From Octopus sinensis (lineage: Eukaryota): a stretch of 64,000 nucleotides of DNA. The DNA lies in contig NC_043004.1 in NCBI RefSeq assembly GCF_006345805.1, positions 87,172,001-87,236,000 on the forward strand, in the 5' to 3' direction. The notes under the pieces are model-generated. The model saw nothing but the letters and a program-made list of their open reading frames with translations, was not told the DNA's origin and searched no databases. A program made the position numbers and the translations under genes. Below are positions 11,895-23,445 of the stretch, piece by piece (the first letter of the stretch is position 1; every line of letters starts with the position of its first letter).

Positions 11895-12070
11895 AGGCAG
11901 CGAGTTAGCAGAATTGTTAGTATGCTGAGCAAAATGCTTAGCCACCAAGGTCAACTTTGCCTGTCATCCTTTTGAGGTTGATAAAATAAGTACCAGTTGA
12001 GGACTTGGGGTGATGTAATCAACTCACCCCATCCCTTGAATTTGCTGGCCTTGTGCCAAAATTTGAAACC
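11895..12070 (+). mobile_element. SINE with conserved central domain GTCAACTTTGCCT.TCATCCTTT.GAGGT..ATAAAATAAGTAC.AGT
   Basis: Second copy at 30295-30508 with the same head (GGCAG..AG.T.GCAGAATTGTTAG) and end (CCTTGTGCCAAAATTTGAAA). Weaker copies at ~11120-11245, 47345-47430(-) and 63780-63900. Confidence 0.75.
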
Positions 12071-12457
12071 AATAATATCAAATATTAATAGTCTTTATTC
12101 TTAATTGTCTAAATTCTTAATAGTCTAAATTTTTGAAAGATTATTTTCACTCTTCACATGTTTTGGATGTTAAACTAGATTAGGTTGTTGTTGTTGTTGT
12201 TGAGGCCCAAGTCAGTCTTGATTGCTTAGGTATCTAATCAAGGCATTTCAACTATGGTCATCCTGTGTTTTACCTATATACAAGGAATCCAAGAGGATAC
12301 TATCCAATGTGTCATTTTCTCAGAAGTGGAAATATGATTTGAGAGATATTAAGCTACTATTTCTAGCAGGATGAATAACCACAAAGAGGCTCCAAAACAA
12401 GTCTTTCCTCCTTAGGCTTAAAAATACAGTAATCTATAAGTACTAAACCAATATTAC

Positions 12458-12880
12458 TTTTCTACAGCATCCATAATCCATCTAAAATTATTTGTGAATC
12501 CTTCCTTTTATCCTATATTGCATAGATCTTTCCATGAAATTTTGCAAGTCGTAAGTTTTTATTCAATTTCTGTATGATCTGCAGAAATATGTCTTAAATC
12601 TGAAAAGTCCAAGTCTTGATAATTGAATAACACTTGGTTAGCTATGTAGTCTATATCAGCTGCCTCACTTTCATCAATTTCTGCTATTGTAAATATGCAG
12701 GTCAATCCTTCCCCTATCCTTCCTAAACTGTTTGAGTCATTCATATGCATTGTGTGGTTTCATGTGAAGTAGTGAAATACCAGGATATTGTAAAGATAAT
12801 ACTTCAATATAGTTGTGTTTTATGATGAAGAATTCTTGCATTGTAGAGAATTTCATTTACCCATCCACCAAGTCTTTGAT
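12458..12880 (-). pseudogene. Exon-like segment with broken reading frames; possible decayed coding exon or lncRNA exon
   Basis: Acceptor TTGTTTCTTTAG before 12880 and GTAATA after 12458. Complex non-repeat composition; one frame gives GEGLTCIFTIAEIDESEAADIDYIANQVLFNYQDLD...EIE*KL...GFTNNFRWIMDAVEK, but all frames have stops. Confidence 0.25.
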
Positions 12881-13391
12881 CTAAAGAAACAAGTAATTGT
12901 AGTAATAAAAGGTTTTCTCAATTGTACTCGTATTAAGACTGCCCTGAGGTATAGCTAGAATGCTGACAGTTCATATAAACTAACAGACATTTATCAACTT
13001 AGCAAACTTTCTTAGCTATATTTTGGCATTGAACCTAGATCTGATGAATAACATGTATGGCTGCTTTCATAGAAAAACTGGTGTTAGAGAAATTGATTGT
13101 GTATTTGAGGTTTTATTTCTTTTATTGTGTAAAGTATGTATGTAGACAAGGCCAACCAAAACCTTGTGAGTATATTTAGCAGATGGAAACTGAAAGAAAC
13201 TCTAGTGTGTGTGTGAATGTGTATGTATGTATGTATGTAATATATATATATATAATCATCATCACTATTTAGTGTGCCTTTTTCCATGTTGACATGGTTT
13301 ACATAAAATGTATATGTATACATATGTGTGTATATATATATATATATATGTATATGTATGTGTGTATATATATGTATGTTATTTATATATG

Positions 13392-13733
13392 TAAAGGGTA
13401 AAGACCCCCTTCGGTCATGAATGACCATGGGATTTCACCTAGAAAGTTACCCTCCTAGACACAAGTCCGGGCAAGGTTGTTTATGGAAGACCAGCAGTCG
13501 CCCATGCATACCGTACTCCCCTCTCCACGCCACCAGTGTTATCCAAGGGAAAGACAAAGGTCGATACAGCTTGGAACCAGTGACGTCGCAACTCATTTCT
13601 ACAGCTGAGTGAACTGGAGCAACGTGAAATAAAGTGTTTTGCTCAAGACCACAACACGCAGCCGGTCCGGGATTGAGCTCACAACCTGACGATCGTAAGC
13701 TCGACGCTCTAACACTGAGCCATGCGCCTTCAC
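13392..13733 (-). mobile_element. Young full-length tRNA-derived SINE
   Basis: Minus-strand head GTGAAGGCGCATGGCTCAGTGTTAGAGCGTCG..GAGCTCAATCCCGGACCGG with Pol III A/B-box-like motifs and intact CpGs; head duplicated at 14258-14361. Confidence 0.85.
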
Positions 13734-13781
13734 ATTTATATATGTATGTTATGTATTATATATATATATATATATAATATC

Positions 13782-13812
<31 letters not shown>

Positions 13813-13975
13813 TATGTATAATATATATAATGTATGTATGTTATTTTATATGTATGTTATGTATATATATAGATATGTATGTATGTTATTTATATATGTA
13901 TGTTATGTATATATATATATATATATATGTATGTTATGTATGTATGTATATATATATATATGTATGTTATGTATG

Positions 13976-14016
<41 letters not shown>

Positions 14017-14430
14017 TATGTATGTATGTATATATATATATATATATATATGTATGTTATGTATGTTTGTATATATATATATATATATATGTATGTTATG
14101 TATGTATGTATATATATATATAATATATATATATATGTATGTATGTATGTATGTATATATAATATATATATGTATGTTATGTATGTATGTATATATATAT
14201 ATATATAATATATATATGTATGTTATGTATATATATATGTATGTTATGTATATATATAGTGTTTTGCTCAAGAACACAACACGCAGCCCGGTCCGGGAGT
14301 TGAGCTCAAAACCTGACGATCGTAAGCTCGACGCTCTAACCACTGAGCCATGCGCTTTCACATTTATATATGTATGTTATGTATATATATATATATATAT
14401 TATATGTATGTTATTTTATATTATGTTATG

Positions 14431-14465
<35 letters not shown>

Positions 14466-14525
14466 GTATGTATATATATATATATATATATAATATATAT
14501 ATATATATATGTGTATGTTATGTAT
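13734..14525. repeat. Compound (TA)n/(TATG)n microsatellite with higher-order unit ATGTATGTTATGT; contains a duplicated SINE head
   Basis: Directly visible; resumes after the RTE LINE at 17776-18150. Confidence 0.95.
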
Positions 14526-17500
14526 GTCAACAAGCCACCTGGTCACCTACCGATCAGGCCGGCATACAGCCAAATCGACTACATCCTTGCCAGAAAAAGG
14601 GAAAGATGGCTGCTTATAAATGCCAAAACCTTCCCAGCGAAGAATGCACCCCACAACATAGGCTGGTAGTTAGTGACTTTAGGATCAGGACTAAGAGGGC
14701 GACTAGAAGACGACCAACATGGAGAAGAAGGGCCTGGAAGCTTAAAGCCCCTGCGAATGGACAGAGATTTAGAGATATGTTACTTGAAGCCTTTGACGAA
14801 GTGGAAGGGGGTATAGCTACACATGGGGTAGAAGACAACTGGACGTTTCTGAGGGACAACCTGCTGAAAGCCGCTGACCAGATCTGTGGCTGGTGCAAAG
14901 TCCCCTTAAGACCAAAATACCTTGATGGTGGAACAATATTGTTGACAGGGCTATTAGACAAAAGAAACAGGCTTGGAAGGCCTGGAAGAACGGTGGTAGC
15001 AGGGAAGGGTATCAGACTGCCAGAGGGAAGCTAGGAGACAGGTCTATCTAGCCAGAGGGAAGCAGATAAGAGAAATTTGCCAATGTCCTGCGCCGTGAGG
15101 ATGAAGACTTGAGGTATTTCGTGTTGCAAGACAGTGTGTGAGAGAGAATCGTGATGTGGTAGGAGAGAAATGTGTTCGCATGGAGGATGGTTCACTTGCG
15201 CTAAATGAGGATGCAAAGAGAGAAGCTTGGAGACGCCACTATGAAAGGTTACTGAATGAGGAAAATGAATGGGATAAAGAGAGTCTGCCGAATGTTGACC
15301 CTACAGAGGGACCAGCTATCCGAGTTGATAGTTCCGTAGTAGCTAAGGCAATTAGAAGCATGAAGACAGGGAAAGCCCCAGCCCATCAGGAATTACTGCA
15401 GAGATGCTCAAAATATCTGGCATGTCGGCTATAACCTAGTCACCCGTATAGTCAACCAGGTGATACACGAAGGAGTCATACCCATGACTGGTGCAGCAGC
15501 ATACTAGTCAACTGCTACAAAGGTAAAGGTGATGCCCTAGATACAAATAATTACAGAGGTATCAAGCTGTTGGATCAAGTAATGAAGGTTACGGAGAGGG
15601 TCATAGCCCAACTAATTAGAGAGAGAGTTAGTTTAGATGAGATGCAGTTTGGGTTCGTGCCAGGGAAAAGTACCACTGATGCTATATTCCTGGTAAGGCA
15701 GCTGCAGGAGAAATACCTAGCCAAAGATAAGCCCCTGTACCTGGCTTTCGTTGACATGGAGAAAGCTTTTGATAGGGTCCCCCGATCCCTATCTGGTGGT
15801 CAATGAGGAAACTAGGGATAGATAATGGCTGGTGAGGACTGTGCAAGCCATGTACAGAGATGCCGTAAGTAAGGTTAGGGTTGGCAACATGTACACAGAA
15901 TTCAAAGTAGAGGTTGGGGTCCCACCAGGTTCAGTACTCAGCCCCCCCCTATTTATCATAGTACTCCAGGCAATTACGGAGGAATTCAAGACAGGCTGTC
16001 CCTGGGAGCTCCTCTACGCTGACGACCTTGCTCTTATTGCTGAGTCACTATCAGAACTGGAGGAGAAGTTCCAGGTGTGGAAGGAGGGTTTAGAATCAAG
16101 GGGCCTTAGAGTCACCTAGCTAAAACCAAAGTACTAATAAGTAGAAAGGTAGACAATCCACAAATATCTTCAGGAAGATGGCCCTGCTCGATCTGTAGAA
16201 AAGGTGTAGGTAGAAACTCTATAAGATGTACCCAGTCTAAGCTATGGCACATAAGAGGTGCAGCAATGTCAAAGGTAGGCTAACTGGAAGATAGTTTTTG
16301 TATGTGCAGATGCTCGGGAGCATTAACCTCCGAAAATCTGCAGAAAACAACTTCCGTCACTTTCCAGGGGAAACTAGAAGTAGTTGATAGCTTCCGTTAT
16401 CTAGGTGACCAAGTCAGTAGTGGGGGTGGGTGCGCTGAAAGTGTAACTGCTAGAATAAGAATAGCCTGGGCAAAGTTTAGGGAGCTCTTACCTCTGCTGG
16501 TGACTAAAGGCCTCTCGCTCAGAGTAAAAGGCAGACTGTATGATGCGTGTGTACGAACAGCCATGCTACATGGCAGCGAACATGGGCCGTGACTGCTGAG
16601 GACATGCGTAAGCTCGTGAGGAATGAAGCCAGTATGCTCCGATGGATGTGTAATGTCAGTGTACATACTCGACAGAGCGTTAGCACCTTGAGAGAAATGT
16701 TGTACCTAAGAAGCATCAGTTGTGGTGTGCAGAGAGACGATTGCGCTGGTATGGTCATGTGGCGAGAATGGATGAAGATAGGTGTGTGAGAAAGTGCCAA
16801 TCTCTAGCAGTTGAGGGAACCCGTGGAAGAGGTAGACCCAGGAAAACCTGGACGAGGTGGTGAAGCACGACCTTCGAACTTTAGCCTCACTGAGGAAATG
16901 ACCAGAGACCGAGACCTTTGGAAATATTCTGTACGTGAGAAGACCAGGCAGGACAAGTGAGCCCAGCCCACTTATGAATGCTTTCCTCCCTTGGACACAA
17001 AGACCGGTTGAGGCAAGCGAAGTCGATATAGAACCTCATCCACGACAGACACCCATGCCACCCCCCATGCTTGCGAAGACATGTTAGGGCAAGCGAAATC
17101 GAAATCGAAACCGAATTGAACCAGCCAGGATCCCTGGCCTGGTGGTACGTAAAAAGCACTATCCGACTCGTGGCCGTGGCACGTAAAATACTCCAATGCG
17201 ACCGTACGACAGGCACCCATGCCAACCCCCTTTGCTTGTGAAGACATGTTGGGGCAAGCGAAATCGAAATCGAAACCGAATTGAACCAGCCAGGATCCCT
17301 GGTCTGGTGGTACGTAAAAAGCACTATCCGACTCGTGGCCGTGGCACGAAAATACTCCAATGCGACCGTACGACAGGCACCCATGCCAACCCCCTTTGCT
17401 TGTGAAGACATGTTGGGGCAAGCGAATCGAAATCGAATTGAACCAGCCAGGATCCTGGTCTGGTGGTACGTAAAAAGCACTATCCGACTCGTGGCCGATG

Positions 17501-17775
17501 AAGCACCGCCTCGACTGGCTTCCGTGCCGGTGGCACATAAATACACCAATCTGACCGTGGCCGTTGCCAGCCCCGCCTGGCACCTGTGCAGGTGGCACGT
17601 AAAAAGCACCCACTACAACTCACGGAGTGGTTGGCGTTAGGAAGGGCATCCAGCTGTAGAAACATTGCCAGATTAGACTGGAGCCTGGTGCAGCCTTCTG
17701 GCTTCCCAGAACCCCGGTCGAACCGTCCAACCCATGCTAGCATGGAGAACGGACGTTAAACGACGATGATGATGA
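14526..17775 (+). mobile_element. 5'-truncated RTE-clade LINE (end of APE endonuclease, RT, Cys/His finger, 3'UTR, (GAT)n tail), frameshifted
   Basis: SQIDYIL and QHRLVVSDF (APE C-terminus); MKTGKAP, NYRGIKL, QFGFVPGKSTTDAIF, FVDMEKAFDRV, GSVLSP, LLYADDLAL, FRYLG, AMLHGSE (RT/thumb); ends GGACGTTAAACGACGATGATGATGAT. Confidence 0.95.
17044..17497 (+). repeat. 164-bp tandem repeat (~2.8 copies) within the RTE 3'UTR
   Basis: Unit start GACAG(G/A)CACCCATGCCA at 17044, 17208 and 17372. Confidence 0.92.
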
Positions 17776-17971
17776 TATATATGTATGTTATGTATATATA
17801 TATATGTATGTTATGTATATATATATGTGTTATATATGTAATTATATGTATGTTATGTATATATATATGTGTTATATATGTAATTATATGAATGTGTGTG
17901 TATATATATATATGTGTTATATATGTATATATATGAATGTGTGTATATATGTATGTATATATGCATGTGTG

Positions 17972-18016
<45 letters not shown>

Positions 18017-18049
18017 ATGTATATATGCATGTGTGTATATATGTATATG

Positions 18050-18082
<33 letters not shown>

Positions 18083-18240
18083 ATGTATATATGTGTGTGT
18101 ATATGTATGTATATATATATATACATGTGTGTGTGTGTGTGTGTGTATGTAAGTGTATAATTGTTAAAGAGGACAACAAACATTAAGGCAAGGCAAATAT
18201 CTCAAGTCATATACATTATTATTATTGGAAAAACTTCAAA

Positions 18241-18296
18241 GTCTTACAGCTGTTTCTGAGATATCCCAGAGTATAGGATATTCTGTCATCAGAGAC
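18241..18296 (-). ncRNA. Degenerate type I minimal hammerhead motif in a Penelope-like repeat fragment (~18165-18435)
   Basis: Minus strand: GTCT-CTGATGA-cagaATATCCTAtactcTGGGATATctca-GAAA-CAGCTG-TA-AGAC. Stem I GTCT/AGAC is perfect, stem III is palindromic, the base of stem II is mismatched. Confidence 0.7.
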
Positions 18297-18442
18297 AAAT
18301 GGAAATCTGCAATGGCTCCATAACTACCATCTCAGCTACAGCCTTGGAGCCCTAATAATCTGTTACAGCACTTAGCTAACATACCTAATCATTTAGATCA
18401 CTTGTGAACTAAACCCCCATACTTTATAAGTATGTGTATATA

Positions 18443-19741
18443 TCATCATCATCGTTTAATGTCCGCTTTCCATGCTGGCATGGGTTGGACAGTTTGACTA
18501 AGGACTGCACCAGGCTCCAATCTGATCTGGCAGAGTTTCTATAACTGGATGCCTTTCCTAACGCCAACCAACTCCAAGAGTGTAGTGGGTGCTTTTACGT
18601 GCCAGTAAGGTGACACTGGTAACGATTACACTCAAATGGTGCTTTTTAAGTGCCACTGGCACAGGAGCCAGTCAGCAGCCCTGGCAATGATCACGCTCTA
18701 GATGGTGTTTTTAACATTCCACTGGCACAGGTGCCTGTTAGGCGGTGCTGTCATCAACCATATTAGCGATTTTGATTGTGATTTTACTTGCCTCAACAGG
18801 TCTTCACAAGCAACGCATAAGTAAGCTGGTTACACTGCTGGCATAGGCCATGAGTTATGGTCTCACTTGGCTTGCCAGGTCTTCTCAAGCACAGCATATT
18901 TCCAATGGTCTCGGTCACTAGTCATTGCATTGGTGAAGCCCAATGTTCGAAGGTCGTGCTTCACCACCTCATCCCAGGTCTTCCTGAGTATACCTCTTCC
19001 ACAGATTCTATCAACTGCTAGGGTGTGACACTTTTTCACACAGCTATCCTCATCCATTTGCACCATATGTCCATACCAGCACAGTCATCTCTCTTGCACA
19101 CCACATCTGATGTTTCTTACGTCCAACTTTTCTTTCAAGGCACTTACACTCTATCTTGTATGCACACTGACATTACACATCCAGCGGAGCATACTGGCTT
19201 CATTCCTCGCAAGCTTACACATGTCCTCAGTAATCACGGCCCATGTTTCGCTGCCATGTAGCATGACTGTTCGTACACATGCATCATACAGTCTACCCTT
19301 TACTCTGAGCAAGAGGCCCTTTGTCACCAGCAGAGGTAGGAGCTCTCTGAACTTTGCCCAGGCTATTCTTATTCTAGCAGCTACACTTTCAGAGCATCCA
19401 CCCCCGCTACTGACTTGGTCACCTAGGTAACAGAAGTTGTCAACTACTTCTAGTTTTTCTCCCTGGAATGTGACAGAAATTGTTCTCTGCACATTTCCAG
19501 TGTTTATTGCTCCTGAGCATCTGCCACATACAAAAACTATCTTCCCAGTTAGCCTTTCTTTGATATTGCTGCACCTCTTATGTGTCCATAGCTTACACTG
19601 GGTACGTCTTATAGAGTTTCTACCTATGCCTTTTCTACAGATCGAGCAGGGCCATCTACCTGAAGGGATTTGTGGTTTGTCTGCCTTCCTACTTATTAAG
19701 GCACTGGTTTTAGCTAGGTTGACTCTAAGGCCCTTCGATTC
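18443..19741 (-). mobile_element. Second 5'-truncated RTE LINE (related subfamily), inverted relative to the first
   Basis: ORF 19151-19804: ESKGLRVNLAKT...CSICRKGIGRNSI...WTHKRCS...CGRC...FCYLGD...MLHGSETW; (ATC)n tail at 18443; truncated at a (TG)n tract. Confidence 0.95.
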
Positions 19742-20211
19742 TGTGTGTGTGTGTGTGTGTGTGTGTGTATTTAATTTTGGTTGAATCAGTCTCTGTGAGT
19801 GCACAGGGATACAGGCAAGTTGCCCTCACAACCATAGCTCAGCGTAGCAAGAGACTGACTGAACCAAAATGAAATATATTATTACATCCTACATTATTGT
19901 TTCATGTACTCTAACTGAAAGGTTTTTAAGGCCTTTCAATTTTATCACTAACTTGCAACCCTAAATTCAGAGACAGTTCTAATATTTCAACAGAGCTTAT
20001 AAATTGAAAAGAGGAGTAAAGTTGGGAAATTTACTGAAGACATCAGTTTCAGTAAACAAATGTATAGCATAACAGTTTTATCGGCAACATGTAGAATAAT
20101 TGAACTGTGGTAGTCATTGTTCCATTAAAATTATACAATGTCATATTCATTTTTATTTCATGATTATTAGTAATTATAACAGACATCTACATTTATAACC
20201 TGGTCACTCAC

Positions 20212-20360
20212 ACTAACTACTTCAATGCATCTCTTCTACTGTTTCTGATGAGTGGCCATTTTCTTTTCAGTCTCCACTCCAATGCTTGGATTTCGTGTGA
20301 ATATACAGATTCTGGCTATTGCCAGCGTCTTATATCCTTCTAGATTTAATGTCTTACTTC
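20212..20360 (-). other. Candidate non-coding or decayed exon on the minus strand
   Basis: TTTATTGAATTTGGCAG acceptor and GTGAGT donor bracket 149 nt of non-repeat, GC-richer sequence; no frame is fully open. Confidence 0.2.
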
Positions 20361-20850
20361 CTGCCAAATTCAATAAAATTGCAATAAAAAATGGGCTATT
20401 AAAGCAAATGAAACAAAATCAATTTTAAAACTTTAAATTTTCCCCCTTAATAAAATAGATGCAGCAGCAGTAGCAGTAGTAACTTTTCATGTGTTATTGC
20501 AACATGATTTTATTTTCTTACTTTATCAGAAGCTATAAAACGTAATAGGAAAGGTATTGATTGTGAGCTTGTCTCTGTCCACATTTAATGACTACTATTA
20601 ACATAAACCTACGTTATTTAACTTATTATTGCAAAATTCAGGAGTTGTTAGCATAATTTTTGTAGACGTCCACACATTAATTATAATAATAATTTATTCA
20701 TAATGATAATGTATTTTGATGTCCAGCTGTTTGAATTATATATGCCTTGTAAGTCCAAAAGAATGTTGTAGTTAACTAAAGATAGTTTGCTATATAATTC
20801 CAGTCAGTCATTTACTAGGTAAACAGTTTAAGAAATTGAAGGTGTGTAAA

Positions 20851-21245
20851 GGCACAGATGTGGCTGTGTGGTAAAAAGTTTACTTTCCAACCACATGGTT
20901 TCAGGTTCAGTCCCACTGTGTGGAACTTTGGCCAAATGTCTTCTATTACAGCCCCTAACCAATTAAAACCTTGTTAGTGGATTTGGTAGATGGAAACCAA
21001 AAGAAACCCATTTTGTGTGTGTGTGTTAGGGTCTCCTTGCCTTGATAGTTTTAAGCAGCTGTTACTATCATACAAGCAGTGATTTTCATGAACACATGCC
21101 TGGTAATGGGGAAATATCTTACTTGGAAACAAGTGAGAGTTGATGACAGGAAGAGCATCCAGCCAAAGAAAATTCTGTCTCAACAAATTCTGTGTGGCTC
21201 ATACAAGCACAGATAAGTAAACATTAAAATGATGATGATGATGAT
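20851..21245 (+). mobile_element. tRNA-headed SINE with RTE-like tail
   Basis: GGCACAGATGTGGCTGTGTGGTAA (A box)...GGTTCAGTCCCACTG (B box)...GGATTTGGTAGATGGAAAC...(GT)n...ACATTAAAATGATGATGATG. Confidence 0.85.
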
Positions 21246-23197
21246 AATCATGATATCAAAGGGCATAGAATTAGAGGTTGGTGCAGTTATGATTTAAGTA
21301 ATTAAAATATACAAATTGACTGAGTGGATGACAACAAATATACAGGAAAAGGAGAAAATAACAAAACATAACAAATAACTGAGGACCGGGAGCATCATTG
21401 CTGGTTTCAGATTTAATGCTTAAGTACATTTGAGTTCATAATTCTTCATCATATGAATGGATTTGTTTTCTCATCAACAAAATAAGGAGTTGGAAGCACC
21501 AGAATACATGGATATAAAATATGTATTTTGACCTGTTTAGCTCTCCTCTATGGTCCAGGGTAGAGTTTTGCCTTCTAATGAAGTGTGCCTCCACAATCCA
21601 AAAGTTAAGTTCACAGCACCTGTGATGTCTTGCTAAGGTTTGTGTTTTTATATTTGTCTGGTATATTCATCTGTGCTGAAAAGCTGCACTGAGTGATTTT
21701 GCCTTATTGTTTATTTTGTCAATGCGGAGACAGATACGTTGGATCAATAAAGTGACAGTTATGTCAGAATAGTGGAACAGTTTATCAAAGCAACTTCACT
21801 CAACACAGTATTCCAGCACAGATATGAAAATATAGACCTTAGCAAAACATACTGAACACTATAAATTTCTGTATTGTGGAAGCACGCTTGGTTTGGAGAC
21901 AAGACCTGACCCTGAGCTACAGAGAAGAGTTGGACATGTGGAAATACTTCTTCAATATCTCTGAGCTGTACAGATATATATTTTTGCACTTTCAACTCTC
22001 AATTTATCAATGAGAGGATGAAATCAAATCAGTTCATCAGATGAACTTGAAAGCACTAATGGCTGAAGTATTGAGACTTAAACAAGCAACAATGTTTCTA
22101 ATTGACAATTATTTTATATTTTGTTACTTTGCTATATTTGTTATCACATGTTCATCCACTTAGCTGCTCACACATCCATTTACTTGTCAGTCTATCCATC
22201 ACTTAAATCACACATCACTGCACTAACCCACTACTACCCAAAGTATAAACATGTTGTGTGAGATGCACTAATGCATTATATGCATTATACCAATCCATTT
22301 AATCTTGATGAATTAGTAGAAAGGTTTTGTGATAAACTACAGCTTGACATGTACATGTTACTTTTTACATGAGTAAAAATCTTATCCTGATTACAATAGA
22401 AATGACTCTTTGTAATTGTTTCTGACCTTATAATTTAGTCTCAGGAACTGCTCCAAGTTTTACCTAAAAGCAATTAGTTCTTGTTTTTGTTTAGCCCTAG
22501 GTATCCCTGAACAAGCTTGCTTATGGTCAAAGGTGTTTGAGACATCACTATCCTGTCTTTTATTGAGATATTATTATATCTAATACTACATTAGGCAATG
22601 TGTCCTTCCTCTCTTTAAAATAATAGTAGGATATGATTTAAGGAAAATTGATAGCTGTTTCTAGCAAGTCATTTTATCCACTAAAAATGGCAGTCAAGAT
22701 CCTCATTTGTTCATATTCCAATTAATAATAGGGGAAATATATAGAACACTATGGTCCCAGAATATAAAATGCATAGATACCAGCTGTTAAGAAACAGCCA
22801 ACTGTGATAGACATCTAATAGTTAGAAATTTAATTTTTCATGGACTCTGAGTACTGTTTCCTAAACTTCAGATAATGTACCCTTAGTACCTTATGCATAC
22901 TGTATTCTTGAACTATTCTTAGACTGATAAACTACACAGAGATGTCCAGTCACAAATATTTCATTATCATGTTCCTTATTTTCATCTTCAGCTTCTTTTT
23001 AATCTTCATGTGTGTTATTTTATGCTAGTGTTGTTAGCATAAAACAAGTACTCAATACACACTGTAAAATGGCATTAGGAAGGGCATCCAGCCACAGAAA
23101 CCAATTCAAAAATGACATTGGAGTTTGACAAAGCCCCTGTACTTTTTCCAGGTTTTGTCAAACCATTGTCTTAGGTATTCCTCGTGTGTGAAAGTAA

Positions 23198-23445
23198 AAA
23201 GTAAAAGAGTCAAGAGGAAGAGTAAGTACGGTTAGGCAGCTTTTTAATTGCTACAAATGTTTCGATGCATACAGATCCTCGTATATACAGGATTTTATAG
23301 ATCTTGTACAGGTAAATCGTTAAATAATTTAATTTAAACTTAACTTTAAATCCTGTATATATGAGGATCTGTATGTATCGAAACATTTTTAATGATTAAA
23401 AAGCTGCCTAACCATACTTACTCTTCCTTTTGACTATTTTACTTT
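23198..23445. repeat. Fold-back element with ~100-bp arms carrying a hammerhead-like 3' half
   Basis: GGAAGAGTAAGTACGGTTAGGCAGCTTTTTAAT..ATGTTTCGATGCATACAGATCCTCGTATATACAGGATTT is mirrored by AAATCCTGTATATATGAGGATCTGTATGTATCGAAACAT..ATTAAAAAGCTGCCTAACCATACTTACTCTTCC. Confidence 0.9.

Noticed and set aside
13660-13733. tRNA gene
   Set aside because: tRNA-like A/B boxes belong to a SINE head continuing into SINE body; no complete cloverleaf.
13722-14520. Long ORFs rich in Y/I/M/C/V/H/T (also 6544-6916, 17804-18186, 43103-43320, 45030-45269, 47884-48283)
   Set aside because: Translations of (TA)n/(TG)n/(TATG)n microsatellites, which lack stop codons; only the C-terminal part of 13805-15034 is real (RTE).
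16887-17743. Repetitive 213-240 aa minus-strand ORFs
   Set aside because: Antisense readings of the 164-bp tandem repeat in the RTE 3'UTR.
21560-22100. Complex, coding-like stretch
   Set aside because: Stops in all frames and no recognisable motif or splice pair; possibly an old TE, cannot be supported.
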